Of a stretch of 64,000 nt of DNA, positions 35,623 through 45,281 are shown one piece after another (the first letter of the stretch is position 1; the number at the start of each line of letters is the position of its first letter). The notes under the pieces were generated by a model. That model did no database searches, was not told the DNA's origin, and saw nothing but the letters and a program-made list of their open reading frames with translations. Position numbers and translations under genes: made by a program. Where the stretch lies: NCBI GenBank assembly GCA_038532285.1, contig JBCBAV010000002.1, positions 2,679-66,678 of the forward strand, given 5' to 3'. This stretch comes from Pseudomonadota bacterium (GTDB lineage Bacteria > Pseudomonadota > Alphaproteobacteria > Rhodobacterales > Rhodobacteraceae).

Positions 35623-38190
35623 TCAGGTGCTTTGAAGCACGCTGGACAGTGCCGATTTCAAACCGTCCGAGGTGTAGGGTTTGTTCAGAACCGGCACGTC
35701 TGGAAACCGCTCGACGAGGTCAAGGTTTGCGCCATACCCCGTTGCAAGGATCGTCGGGATGCCCAATTCCCGGCATTTCTCGATCACTGGCAGAGATGTC
35801 TCGTCGCCCAGATTCACGTCGAGCAGCGCAACGGATACGCTGTGTCTGGAAACAATGCCAAGCCCGTCTGTTACCGTGCTGGCGGTGTGCACGTAACTTG
35901 CGCCCAACGCGGACATCATGTCCGACGCGTCAAGCGCGATCACCATGTTGTCTTCGAGAACGAGGCAATGACCATCAAGACGCACCTGAGCCGCCTCGGC
36001 TTTTGTCTGTTCGAGCGGCGCGGGTACGGGTTTTTCGGAAATCCGCACATGGGCCGACGGCAAGACGAAATCCGCTTCAAAACCTGTGACGCGGAACCGT
36101 GTGTCGGCCTGCCCCTTGAGTTCGAAGGGAATGGATCTTTCGATGATAGTGGTTCCGAACCCACGTCTTTTGGGCGCTTGGACTGGTGGGCCGTTCTTTT
36201 CCCGCCATGACAGTTTGGCGACGCCATCCGGTTGCAGCCGCACGTCGAGATCGACAGCACCCGAGGAGTCATTCAGCGCGCCGTACTTGGCCGAATTGGT
36301 CACGAGTTCATGAATGACAAGTGCAAGTGTGGAAAACGCGGTGGGCGACAGATCAATTTCATCGCCGGTGATGTTTACCCGCGATGCCTTGGAGGTCACG
36401 AACGCCTTCACCTCGGTTGTGACCAGAGACCGGAACGACACCCAATCCCATTCGGTTTGCGTCAACTGATCATTCGCCCGCGCCAGGGCAAATATGCGAT
36501 CCTCCAACACGGACCGATAGTCATCGAGCGACTTGGCGTCTTCCTTGCCCTGCGAGACGAGGCCGCGGATCAGGTTCAGAATGTTCCTGACGCGGTGGTT
36601 CAGTTCTGCAACCAACAGCTCTTGCTGATCCTGCGCCCGTTTGCGCACGGCATTGCGTTCATCTGCCATTTTCAGAACAACTTCGAGCAGCGTCACGCGC
36701 AGCGCATCTGCGGCCCTGAGTTCCGAGCCGCGCCACGGTGCGGATTTCCCGCGAACGACTTCCTGCCAGGCATCAAAGCTCTTTCGGGGTGTCAGGCGTA
36801 TGCCATTCGGCCCAAGCTCCACCGGCTTTTCGGGGTTGCCGGCCCATTTGACAGATGACGCAATTTCACGGCGGAACAGAACCAGATAGTCCCGTGGCGT
36901 ACGCGACACTGGCAGCGCCAGGATACCAGCGACCCGATCGGAAAAACTGTCGGCCGCGGGATATCGCGTCGACAAAGCGTTTGTTTGATAAACCTGCCCC
37001 GATGGGGTCGTGTTCAGAAATCGCGCAAGTCCGAAAAACTCTTCTTTTGTTGGCGCAGCACCTGCTGATTTGTAATCACCGTCGGTAAACACCGCAGCGC
37101 CATCGAACGGGATCACTTCCTGGATGTTTTCGGACAGGATATCGAAGGCTTCCGACATGGATGTGCCGCCAGACAACTGTGTCATCAATCGATCGTGCAG
37201 TTCCCGTGCACGGGCCAGTTCGGTCAATTCCGACGTCAGTTCGACCTGTGCAAGCTGATAGTTGAAAAGCTCCGAGAAAAGCTCGATCTCGCTGCGCAGT
37301 TCGTAGCTGATATATCTTGGCGTCTGGTGGTGGCATGCGAACAGACCCCACAACTCTCCGTTGCGAATGATCGATATGGACATCGACGCAGCCACGCCCA
37401 TGTTGCGGAGGTATTCCAGATGGATCGGGGACATCGCACGGGTGACCGCCAGCGATAGATCAAGAGGGCGCCCATTCGGATCAAGTTCGGGACTGATCGC
37501 ATAGGTTTCCGCATCAATGTCGGCGATAATCCGCAAAGGGCTTTTGAGATACAGCGCGCGCGCCTGCTTTGGGATATCGCTGGCCGGATATCGCAGGCCC
37601 ATGAAAGGTTCCTGGTCGGGTTCGGCAACTTCGGCGATGACCGTTCCGCTGTCATCTTCGTTGAACTTGTAAGCCATGACCCTGTCGAACCCCGAGAGTA
37701 TCTTGATCGCTCGGACCGCTTCGCGCGCCATGTCTTCGACAGTTTCGTTGCGTTTGACCCGCCCGATCAGTGCACGCACCGTTGACCGATCGAGGTCACC
37801 TTGCGCCTCGTGCCTGCGCGGTTCGAATTCGAGGATGATATTGTGGTCGCTTTGGCTGATCGAAATGTCAAAAACCCGGTCATCCGCCATGGCAGGATAG
37901 GCAAACAGGCGGGCAGCGTCCGTCTGATAGCTCAGAACCTGCATCTTGGTTCTCAGGTGGTGGACTGTCTCTTCCGGGAAAACATCGATGATGCGCGCGC
38001 CGATGATCTGCTGGGCGTCGAAACCAAGAAGATCGGCGCAGTTTTCAGATGCTTAGGTCACCATCCAGTCGGCTGAAAATGCGACCAGACATCCGTAGCT
38101 TTGGACGCGCCCAAGGATATGGATCGGCTCTCGGTCGCAATTGGTGAGATCGAGGCCTTCCTGCTGTTGGATCAGGCTCAGCTCGGGCAT
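35623..38190 (-). pseudogene. bphP: Bacteriophytochrome (PAS-GAF-PHY, HWE histidine kinase, C-terminal receiver) with one in-frame TAA at codon 46
   Basis: Track ORF 35623..37944 (773 aa) has GAF (RVMAYKFNEDDSGTVIAE, GLRYPASDIPKQAR), HWE kinase (HRVRNILNLIRGL, GFGTTIIERS) and REC domains. The same frame continues upstream to the ATG at 38190, reading MPELSLIQQQEGLDLTNCDREPIHILGRVQSYGCLVAFSADWMVT*ASENCADLLGFDAQQIIG... The TAA is at 38053-38055. Confidence 0.8.
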
Positions 38191-38747
38191 TGCGTGCCCC
38201 TTTCATGGATGGGTGAGCGCGCGCACTCTTGGTAAACTTGGAAAATCAGGTCGACATCTTGTGTAATTTGCTCAGCCAACGGACCGTTCGGCACCATTGC
38301 TTCCGACGTTTCACAGAATGCCTTCCAGACCTCAACGTAGCTTGGCGCGGTGAAGTAAGCGTCGGCGCGACGCACGTCCGGATCGTTCGCGGCGAGCCAT
38401 CTTTTCTTGAGAACCTGGGTTCCGAGCCGTGAACCGGCGACCACGTAGTCAATTGCCAACGGATGAACGGGCCGCATCTGTATCGGGCGTGTGTGGTCCG
38501 TTGGCGCAAATGTCCGTAAATCGGACTCGGCACGCTGCATCAAGTCATTCAGCGCGTGCAGTGACCGTGCATTTTTTGCATGCGGCGCAATCGACCGCAT
38601 CGCCGCGCACTGCATTTGAATGAAATTCAGAAAGCCCGGCTGAGTCGTCAAGTCAAACAGAGACACATGTCTGTCGAGGTCATCGTGCGTGGCGCGCGTG
38701 TCAGATCGTAGACGCGTGCGCAAAGAAATGCGCTCATGCTTGGTCAT
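38178..38747 (-). CDS. bphO: Heme oxygenase (biliverdin-producing, BphO-like)
   Basis: 189 aa. N-terminal LRSDTRATHDDLDRHV (proximal-His helix pattern). Its end overlaps the bphP start by 13 nt. Confidence 0.7.
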   Translation of the reverse strand: MTKHERISLRTRLRSDTRATHDDLDRHVSLFDLTTQPGFLNFIQMQCAAMRSIAPHAKNARSLHALNDLMQRAESDLRTFAPTDHTRPIQMRPVHPLAIDYVVAGSRLGTQVLKKRWLAANDPDVRRADAYFTAPSYVEVWKAFCETSEAMVPNGPLAEQITQDVDLIFQVYQECARSPIHERGTQCPS

Positions 38748-39241
38748 TCTCTCAGTATCTCGATATCCCTCGAAACTGCAATGCAGTGTGGTTTAGACCG
38801 TTAACCATTCAACTTCGAATTTTGCGCGGTCTCTGCCGGATATTCTGGCCGGTACCGCGGCAGCAGCCTTGTCGTATTTTCACAGTTGCGGATCGAAAGA
38901 CCCTGAGGGCCCTTCAAAAAGCGAGGTATTGAACACGTCAGGCTGACTGGTTTTTCGGACTCACGCGCAAGCGATGTGCAAAAAACCGCGTTCCGGAGCG
39001 TCCTTTTTCGCAGCAGATTTTGCGCCGCGCCGAACAATATCGCCAACGTCGTGCCATTTGCCGCCTCGGGCGTGCGTTCGCGCCGTGCGCTACGATGGAC
39101 CGCCGCAGACCTCTGATCGAATTTCAGCATTGAAAAAGCTTTCGGTGCGACATCGAAAAAACTTTTAGCGTGCCGTGGGCTGCCTTGGCTTTCACCTGCG
39201 GCTCGTGGTGGGATGAAGAGTCGTGAATATGTGAGAGCAAG

Positions 39242-40822
39242 ATGATGAAGGACATTCCTGCGATGACCGCTGGCGGCGCTCTATTTGCCAAGCTCAGGGC
39301 GCTCGGGGTCGAGTATGTTTTTGCCAATTCGGCGACAGACTTCCCCCCATCATCGAAGTGCTGATCGAGGCGAGGGACAATGGCATTGATCTGCCCCGGG
39401 CGATTGCGATGCCTCACGAACATGTGGCGGTTGGCATGGCGCACGGGTTTTACCAGATGTCAGGTCGGTCGCAGGCCGTGATGTTGCACACCAATGTCGG
39501 CCTTTCCGATGGTGCTACAGGATTGATCAATGCCGCCTGCGACCAAGTACCGATGTTTGTGATGTCCTAGCGAACGCCGGTCACGGAATGCGGCCGTTTT
39601 GGGGGCCGAACGGTCCCCTTCGGTTGGGGCCAGGAGATGTACGACCAAACCGCCCTCGTGCGCGAGGCATGCAAGTGGGATTGCGAACTCCGCTTTTCCG
39701 AACAAGTGGTCAGCGTCCTTGATCGCGGTTGGGCCATCGCCAACTCGACACCGAAACGGCCTGTATACCTTGCGCTGCCAAGAGAGGGTTTGTGCGAACC
39801 GTGCCCGCCCGACGGTCTGGACACGCCATCAATGCTCAGACCTGCCCGCCCGTCTCCTTCGCGACATGACCCAGAATATGCAGCCGAACTGTTGGCGCGT
39901 GCGGAACGCCCCCTTATCATCGCAAAACGCGGGGCCGGATCGCAGGCGGCGTTCGATGCGCTGACCGCTTTCGAGGAACGCTGCGCTATCCCGGTGTCCC
40001 ATTACTAGGCAAATCAGATCTCTGTCCCCATGACCAGCGACGCACACGTAGGCTGGTTTCCCGATGACCTGCTGAGCGAGGCGGCTGTCATCGTCGTGTT
40101 GGACGCCCTCGCACCTAGGTAGCCGGACCGAGCGGCACCCGCTCTTGACGCGAAGATCACTCAATTGGGACCGGACCCGCTTTTTGCGCGTGCGTCTCCC
40201 CTGCGATCCTTCCGCTCTGACGTGACACTTACGGGTGACACCGGGCCAACCCTGATTGATCTTATTGCGGCGGTGGACAAGCACCCTGCCGAGTCAGCCA
40301 TATTCGATCGCCGGAAAAAGACCATAACGGCAATTTCGACCGCAGAACGCCAAAGGATCGTGGATATCGCGGAACAAGGTTGTCGCGCTCCGATGACAAA
40401 GGATTGGGTAGGGGCTGCCAGCCGCCATGGGCGCACACTTGGCCGAGCCAGACCGTCTGGTTTTCGCGACCATGGGCGACGGCAGCTATATGTTCGCCAA
40501 CCCAACGGTTTGTTACCAGGTCTGCGAGGCGGCCACTCTTCCGGTGGTTACACTGGTGCTGAACAATGAAGAATGGGGTGCGGTGCGTCGATCCGTCAGC
40601 GGCCTTTACAAGGGCGGGCTGGCATCAAAGTCGAACGATGTCCCGCTGACGCACAGGCCAAGCCCGGATTTCTGTAAAACAGCCGAAGCCAGCCGAGCGT
40701 ATACTGAGACGGTAACAGACGGGGCCGATCTGCCTGCGGCCGTGAGCAGGGCAATCGACGTTGCAACCACGGAAAAACGCCAAGTCCTGCTCAACATCGC
40801 AATCGCGCGAGAAGATGCATAG
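39242..40822 (+). pseudogene. Decayed thiamine-pyrophosphate enzyme gene (acetolactate synthase/benzoylformate decarboxylase family)
   Basis: Fragments MMKDIPAMTAGGALFAKLRALGVEYVFANSATDF | PPIIEVLIEARDNGIDLPRAIAMPHEHVAVGMAHGFYQMSGRSQAVMLHTNVGLSDGATGLINAACDQVPMFVMS* ... GDGSYMF...LNNEEWG. Lesions are a frameshift in the C run 39343-39348; in-frame TAG at 39568, 40006, 40120 and 40409; and a further frame change near 40400. Confidence 0.8.
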
Positions 40823-41040
40823 CAAAGTTTAGTGCAATGCGTGGCCTGTACGCAGTCTTACGTTGAACAGGTCAGAGGGAAGGCGCCGCAGTTGCACCCC
40901 GTCACGGGTATGTAGCGCGTGGTGCCGTGGGTTGTTGAAGCGGCAAAGCAAGTCGGAACGATGATCCCAAAAGGCGCAATTCTTCGTGGCACTATTAAAC
41001 TAGTTGATTAATTAACTGATTGGCGTAATACTGCGGCGAC

Positions 41041-41373
41041 ATGAATGACGACACACTGAGCGCCGCTTTTTCCGCGTTGGCGCATCCCACACGGCGGGCC
41101 ATCGTTGCCCGACTTGCCAAGGGCACTGCCAGCGTGAATGAACTGGCCGAACCGTTTGACATGACCTTGCCCGCCATTTCCAAGCACATTCGCGTCTTGG
41201 AGAGCGCCGGACTGATTTCGCGCGAAAAGGCCGCGCAGTTCCGGATATGCAAACTCGAGACGCAACCGATCCAGGACATCTCAAGTTGGACCGAGCAATA
41301 CCGACATATCTGGGACGCCCGTTTTGAGGTCATGGGCAACCTGCTCGAAGCCCTAAAGGAGAAGGACAAATGA
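41041..41373 (+). CDS. ArsR/SmtB family transcriptional regulator
   Basis: 110 aa. ALAHPTRRAIVARLAKGTASVNELAEPFDMTLPAISKHIRVLESAGLI. A TTAATTAA palindrome lies about 25 nt upstream. Confidence 0.85.
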   Translation: MNDDTLSAAFSALAHPTRRAIVARLAKGTASVNELAEPFDMTLPAISKHIRVLESAGLISREKAAQFRICKLETQPIQDISSWTEQYRHIWDARFEVMGNLLEALKEKDK

Positions 41374-41867
41374 CCGAACACAACCCGTGGGTCCGCGTGG
41401 AGCGTGAACTGGACGCACCCATTGATCTGGTCTGGAAACTGTGGACCGATCCTGAGCTGTTCAAACAATGGTATGGACCGAACGGCATGTCTGTTCCGAT
41501 CGCTGAAATGGATGTTCAAGCCGGCGGCACACGAAAAATATGCATGTCGATGCAGACGCCGGAACGCGCAATGGAGATGTGGTTCATCGGTGTCTTCAAA
41601 GAGGTCACTGAGCCCACCCGTCTGATTTACACGGAAAGCATGTGTGACGCCGATGGCACAATAATTAAACCGCAGTCCATGAGGATGCCGGATACGTTTC
41701 CCGATGTCACCGAAATCATCGTCGAATTGAGCGAGGCCGGAGGCAAAACAAGGATGGTCATGGTCCATGTGGGCGTCGAAGAGGGTTCGGCTGGCGCGGG
41801 TGGCTGGAACCAGGCTTTTGACAAACTGACAGCTTTGGCGATTTCGCTGGCAAACAAGGGTATGTAG
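41370..41867 (+). CDS. SRPBCC (Aha1/START-like) domain protein
   Basis: 165 aa with ATGA overlap to arsR. VERELDAPIDLVWKLWTDPELFKQWYGP is typical of the Aha1-N/SRPBCC fold. Confidence 0.75.
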   Translation: MTEHNPWVRVERELDAPIDLVWKLWTDPELFKQWYGPNGMSVPIAEMDVQAGGTRKICMSMQTPERAMEMWFIGVFKEVTEPTRLIYTESMCDADGTIIKPQSMRMPDTFPDVTEIIVELSEAGGKTRMVMVHVGVEEGSAGAGGWNQAFDKLTALAISLANKGM

Positions 41868-41988
41868 CCCGCGCGTGTTCGAGCCGCTTTTTTCACAGCG
41901 TCTGACGACGGTTGCTGTCTTGCGATCCGGCCCGCTTGAGACCTGTCCGTCGGATGTAACGAAGATGCGGCCCAAAGGGGGTAGCCAA

Positions 41989-42450
41989 ATGAGCAAGGCC
42001 AACTACCGGAAATCCATCGAGGTGACATCACATGCATCAGCCGCCTTTGATGCCGTCACGCTCGGCGTGGAGCACTGGTGGACCAAGCCGGACCAACCGC
42101 TGCGGAAGATCGGCGACCGTGCAAAATTCGGCTTTCCTCCGGGTCGGTCATACTGGACCTTCGAACTTGTCGACGCGGTCAGACCGCATCGTGTCGTATG
42201 GCACTGCGTGGACGCGTTGCACATTCACCAAGGTCAGCCGAAAGAGATCGAGACAGAGTGGCTTGGAACGACGCTGGAATGGGGCATCGTCGAAACGGGA
42301 AACTGCACCATTGTCACGTTTGAACATTGCGGTCTCACGCCCCAGTTGCTGTGCTACGACGTGTGCGAAACCGGTTGGGACATCTTTTTTCTCGGCAGCC
42401 TGAAAGCGTATCTGGACACTGGAAAGGGTGCGCCGCATCAGGTTTCCTGA
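41989..42450 (+). CDS. SRPBCC domain protein (second copy)
   Basis: Track ORF 41875..42450. I prefer the ATG at 41989 (MSKANYRKSIEVTSHASAAFDAVT...), preceded by AAGGGGG. 153 aa. Confidence 0.6.
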   Translation: MSKANYRKSIEVTSHASAAFDAVTLGVEHWWTKPDQPLRKIGDRAKFGFPPGRSYWTFELVDAVRPHRVVWHCVDALHIHQGQPKEIETEWLGTTLEWGIVETGNCTIVTFEHCGLTPQLLCYDVCETGWDIFFLGSLKAYLDTGKGAPHQVS

Positions 42451-42695
42451 CGCGCAGTCGGTGTGTCAGAGACGCCACATTCCGGACGTCAGCCATGTGC
42501 TCCATTGCCGCGACTTGCCACGTAACGATGCGAGCCGTGCGAGCGGATACTCAGAGTTTCGACCTTTGAAGCGAGAGCCTTGCGGCCTTGTTGACCCTGG
42601 TCACGCGCACTTTGCTGCAGAGTGCTTCATTGCCCGGCGCCAGTGTGACTGGGTTTTGACAGAGGTCATCGGGTGAAGATCGCGGGAAAGCGGTG

Positions 42696-43475
42696 TCACA
42701 TCGGCCGTCTGGCCAGCGAAAACACCTGACCCGTTGGTCCCCCCGGTGGGTAGCTTGCGATATGCAAAGCCAATGCCGCGACCTCATCGGGATGCTTGAC
42801 CCGCTCCCAAGCTGGCAACCCCTTTGGCAAGGCGCCCGGACCGCTTGACAGGATGTCATCGGCGCTGCGTTCCTGACCAGCGGGTGCGTTGTCAAAGGTT
42901 GCCGTCGCTGTCGGCCCGGGAACGAGGCTGTTAACCTCGATTTCGTGTGTCCACAGCTCGTTTGCGAGGCCTTCTGTCATCATGTTCAGCGCTGCCTTGG
43001 ACACGTGATAGGCGCTGCTATTGGCGCCTGCCGAAAAACCCTTGCCCGAGGTCAGGTTGATGATCTTGCCGCCTTTACGCATGGCACCAGCAAGATACCT
43101 CGACATCAGATAAGGGCCACGAACATTGACCTTCAATGTCTGCCACCACAGGTCCGGATCGCTGTCCGCAAACGCGCCACGCTCAAAATAGGCACCTGCG
43201 TTGTTCACGAGGATATCAACGGTGCCAAAACGCCGGATGATCCTCTGACAGAACCTGGTGGTTTGCGCCTTGTCTGCCAGATCCACAGGTTCACAGAAAC
43301 ACTGCCGCCCCAGCGCTTCGACCTCGGATCGCACGGCACCAATCTCGTTCTTGCGACGGGCGCAGATTGCTACATCTGCCCCGGCCCTGGCGAACGCCAA
43401 CGCAATGGATTTACCAATCCCGCGACCTGCACCGGTGACAACCGCAACCTTTCCCGCGAGCACGTCTTCAGTCAT
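42696..43475 (-). CDS. Short-chain dehydrogenase/reductase (SDR)
   Basis: Track ORF 42696..43544. The ATG at 43475 (MTEDVLAGKVAVVTGAGRGIGKS) overlaps the upstream gene by 8 nt. NNAG and YHVSK active-site motifs. Confidence 0.85.
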   Translation of the reverse strand: MTEDVLAGKVAVVTGAGRGIGKSIALAFARAGADVAICARRKNEIGAVRSEVEALGRQCFCEPVDLADKAQTTRFCQRIIRRFGTVDILVNNAGAYFERGAFADSDPDLWWQTLKVNVRGPYLMSRYLAGAMRKGGKIINLTSGKGFSAGANSSAYHVSKAALNMMTEGLANELWTHEIEVNSLVPGPTATATFDNAPAGQERSADDILSSGPGALPKGLPAWERVKHPDEVAALALHIASYPPGGPTGQVFSLARRPM

Positions 43476-44313
43476 GCCGACTGGCCTCCAATGTCGCGAG
43501 AGTTGCGGCAATCTCTGCAACACCCGCATCCCAATCCACGGCACCTTTTGCTGTGTAATGGGCCATCGGAAGCGCGCGTTGCAGACAGTCTATCCCATCC
43601 CAAAGCCGCGTGTCGCAGATCATCACGAATGGCTTGCCTTTGGTTGCACGGGCTTCTGCGAATGTGTCGACGAGCTCGCGCGTGTCCGTGCCGCTGATGC
43701 GCCGCGACGCGAAGCCGAAGGCTTCAAACTTTTCAGGAACCGGTTCGACGGCCATTACGTCCGCCGCATGGCCCGATGCCTGCATGTCGTTGTTGTCGAT
43801 GATGTAACACAGGTTATCCAGCTTCTGGTGACCCGCAAACATTGCTCCTTCCCAGGTATTGCCCTCTTGCAGTTCCCCGTCAGAGAACAGGCAATACACC
43901 CGTTGGTCAGACCCTTTCTGGCGCAATGCCCAGGCAAGCCCCGCCGATTGGCTCGCCCCCTGCCCCAGTGACCCCGCAGTCATCTCAAAGCCAAGCTGGC
44001 CTTCGATTGGGCTTTGATCCACCCAGGAGCCGTCCGCGTTGATGGTGCGCAGATCTTCGATTGAATAGTGGCCTGTCTCGGCCAGTGCCGCATAGGTCAT
44101 GATTGCGTCATGACCGTTGGACAGGACAAATCGGTCGTAAAACCAGCCGTCATTGTCGGGTCTGAGTTCGTCGAAATAGAGCGCGGCAGCAATGTCCGCC
44201 AAAGCCACGCCCTGTGCTGCGTAGCCACCCCTCTGGCGACAAATCTCAAGCACGTGAGCGCGAATTTTAGCGGCGATTATGTCCAGATCATTGATGGATT
44301 GAGTGCGTCTCAT
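43468..44313 (-). CDS. Transketolase-like protein, N-terminal (TPP-binding) section, pair 1
   Basis: 281 aa. LSNGHD, SDGELQEGNTWEG...IIDNN (TPP-binding GDG-x-N pattern). Confidence 0.85.
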   Translation of the reverse strand: MRRTQSINDLDIIAAKIRAHVLEICRQRGGYAAQGVALADIAAALYFDELRPDNDGWFYDRFVLSNGHDAIMTYAALAETGHYSIEDLRTINADGSWVDQSPIEGQLGFEMTAGSLGQGASQSAGLAWALRQKGSDQRVYCLFSDGELQEGNTWEGAMFAGHQKLDNLCYIIDNNDMQASGHAADVMAVEPVPEKFEAFGFASRRISGTDTRELVDTFAEARATKGKPFVMICDTRLWDGIDCLQRALPMAHYTAKGAVDWDAGVAEIAATLATLEASRHD

Positions 44314-45281
44314 GCGGCCATCTCCGCAATGCGGCGCGCCATGGTTTCTGCATCAAGACCGAGGGCCTGGCGAATGTGAGACAGTGTTCCGCCGGGTGCC
44401 CACCGGTTGGGCAGACCCATGCGCGTGATCCGCGGGCCCCTTCCGATGTCCGACACGATCTCGGTCACGAGCGATCCGAGCCCGGTGACGATTTGGTGGT
44501 TCTCGACCGTGACAATCTGGTTATGCGCAAAAGCAAACGCGGCGACCTCGTGCTCACGCACGGGTTTGAGCGTCGGCACATGCAGCAAAGAATGGTCAAC
44601 GCCTTGGTTTTCCAGCAGTCTAGAGGCTTCAAGCGCCCACTGCGTGCCGTGCCCTGTCGCGATTATCCCGATGCCTTTGCCCTCTTTCAGACGATAGGTC
44701 TTGCCCAGTTCAAAGGTGAATTTCTCCGGGTCGAGCAGACGCGGCGTGTCGCCCCGGTGACCCCGTATGTAGATCAGACCGGGAAGATCCACGGCAGCAT
44801 TCACAGCGGCGCGGAAATCTGTTGGGTCCATCGGATCAATTACAGTCGCGTTTGGAATCGCACGCACCATGCCAAGATCCTCAGCCGCCTGATGGTGAAT
44901 GCGCGCCGGATTGGCGATGCCGGGCGTAAAGCCAACGGCGATGTTGGTTGGCCCGGCTTCCCGGTTGGTGCCCGGCCCGCTGCCCGTGCCCATGCAGATC
45001 ATCATTTGATCATAGGCACGCCGCGTGATGTAGCAGGCAAAGCAGGTTGCAATCGGAATATACCCACCTTTGGCCACGCCCGCTGCGACAGAGAGCAGGT
45101 TCTGTTCGGCCATGCCAACATCAAGGTGTTGGTCCGGCAGTTCGGTTTTGACCCGCACAACCTGGCAGTACTTGCTGAGATCTGCGCTCATGATCACCAC
45201 GTCTTTGCGACGCGAGGCGAGATCAAAGCTGATGTCGTCAAATGGAGCGGGATCAAAAGATATGGGACCGTTCAGCAGCAT
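44310..45281 (-). CDS. Transketolase-like protein, C-terminal (pyrimidine-binding) section, pair 1
   Basis: Track ORF 44310..45353. The ATG at 45281 shares one base with the sulfatase stop. VGMAEQNLLSVAAGVAKGG, ...ARIHHQAAEDLGMVRAIPN. Encoded upstream of its N-section partner. Confidence 0.8.
   Translation of the reverse strand: MLLNGPISFDPAPFDDISFDLASRRKDVVIMSADLSKYCQVVRVKTELPDQHLDVGMAEQNLLSVAAGVAKGGYIPIATCFACYITRRAYDQMMICMGTGSGPGTNREAGPTNIAVGFTPGIANPARIHHQAAEDLGMVRAIPNATVIDPMDPTDFRAAVNAAVDLPGLIYIRGHRGDTPRLLDPEKFTFELGKTYRLKEGKGIGIIATGHGTQWALEASRLLENQGVDHSLLHVPTLKPVREHEVAAFAFAHNQIVTVENHQIVTGLGSLVTEIVSDIGRGPRITRMGLPNRWAPGGTLSHIRQALGLDAETMARRIAEMAA

Noticed and set aside
38801-39130. 109-aa minus-strand ORF upstream of bphO (and 38974..39168 on the plus strand)
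   Set aside because: It has no RBS, no motif and odd composition. The region could hold a decayed regulator remnant or the bphO promoter, but nothing supports a gene call.
39568-40411. Four in-frame TAG codons considered as possible amber recoding (pyrrolysine-type or suppression)
   Set aside because: The same gene also has at least two frameshifts and a probable internal deletion. No pyl genes or suppressor tRNA are seen. Decay is the simpler explanation.
40995-42002. 335-aa minus-strand ORF
   Set aside because: It is antisense to the arsR gene and the first SRPBCC gene, both with diagnostic motifs and coupled ATGA junctions.
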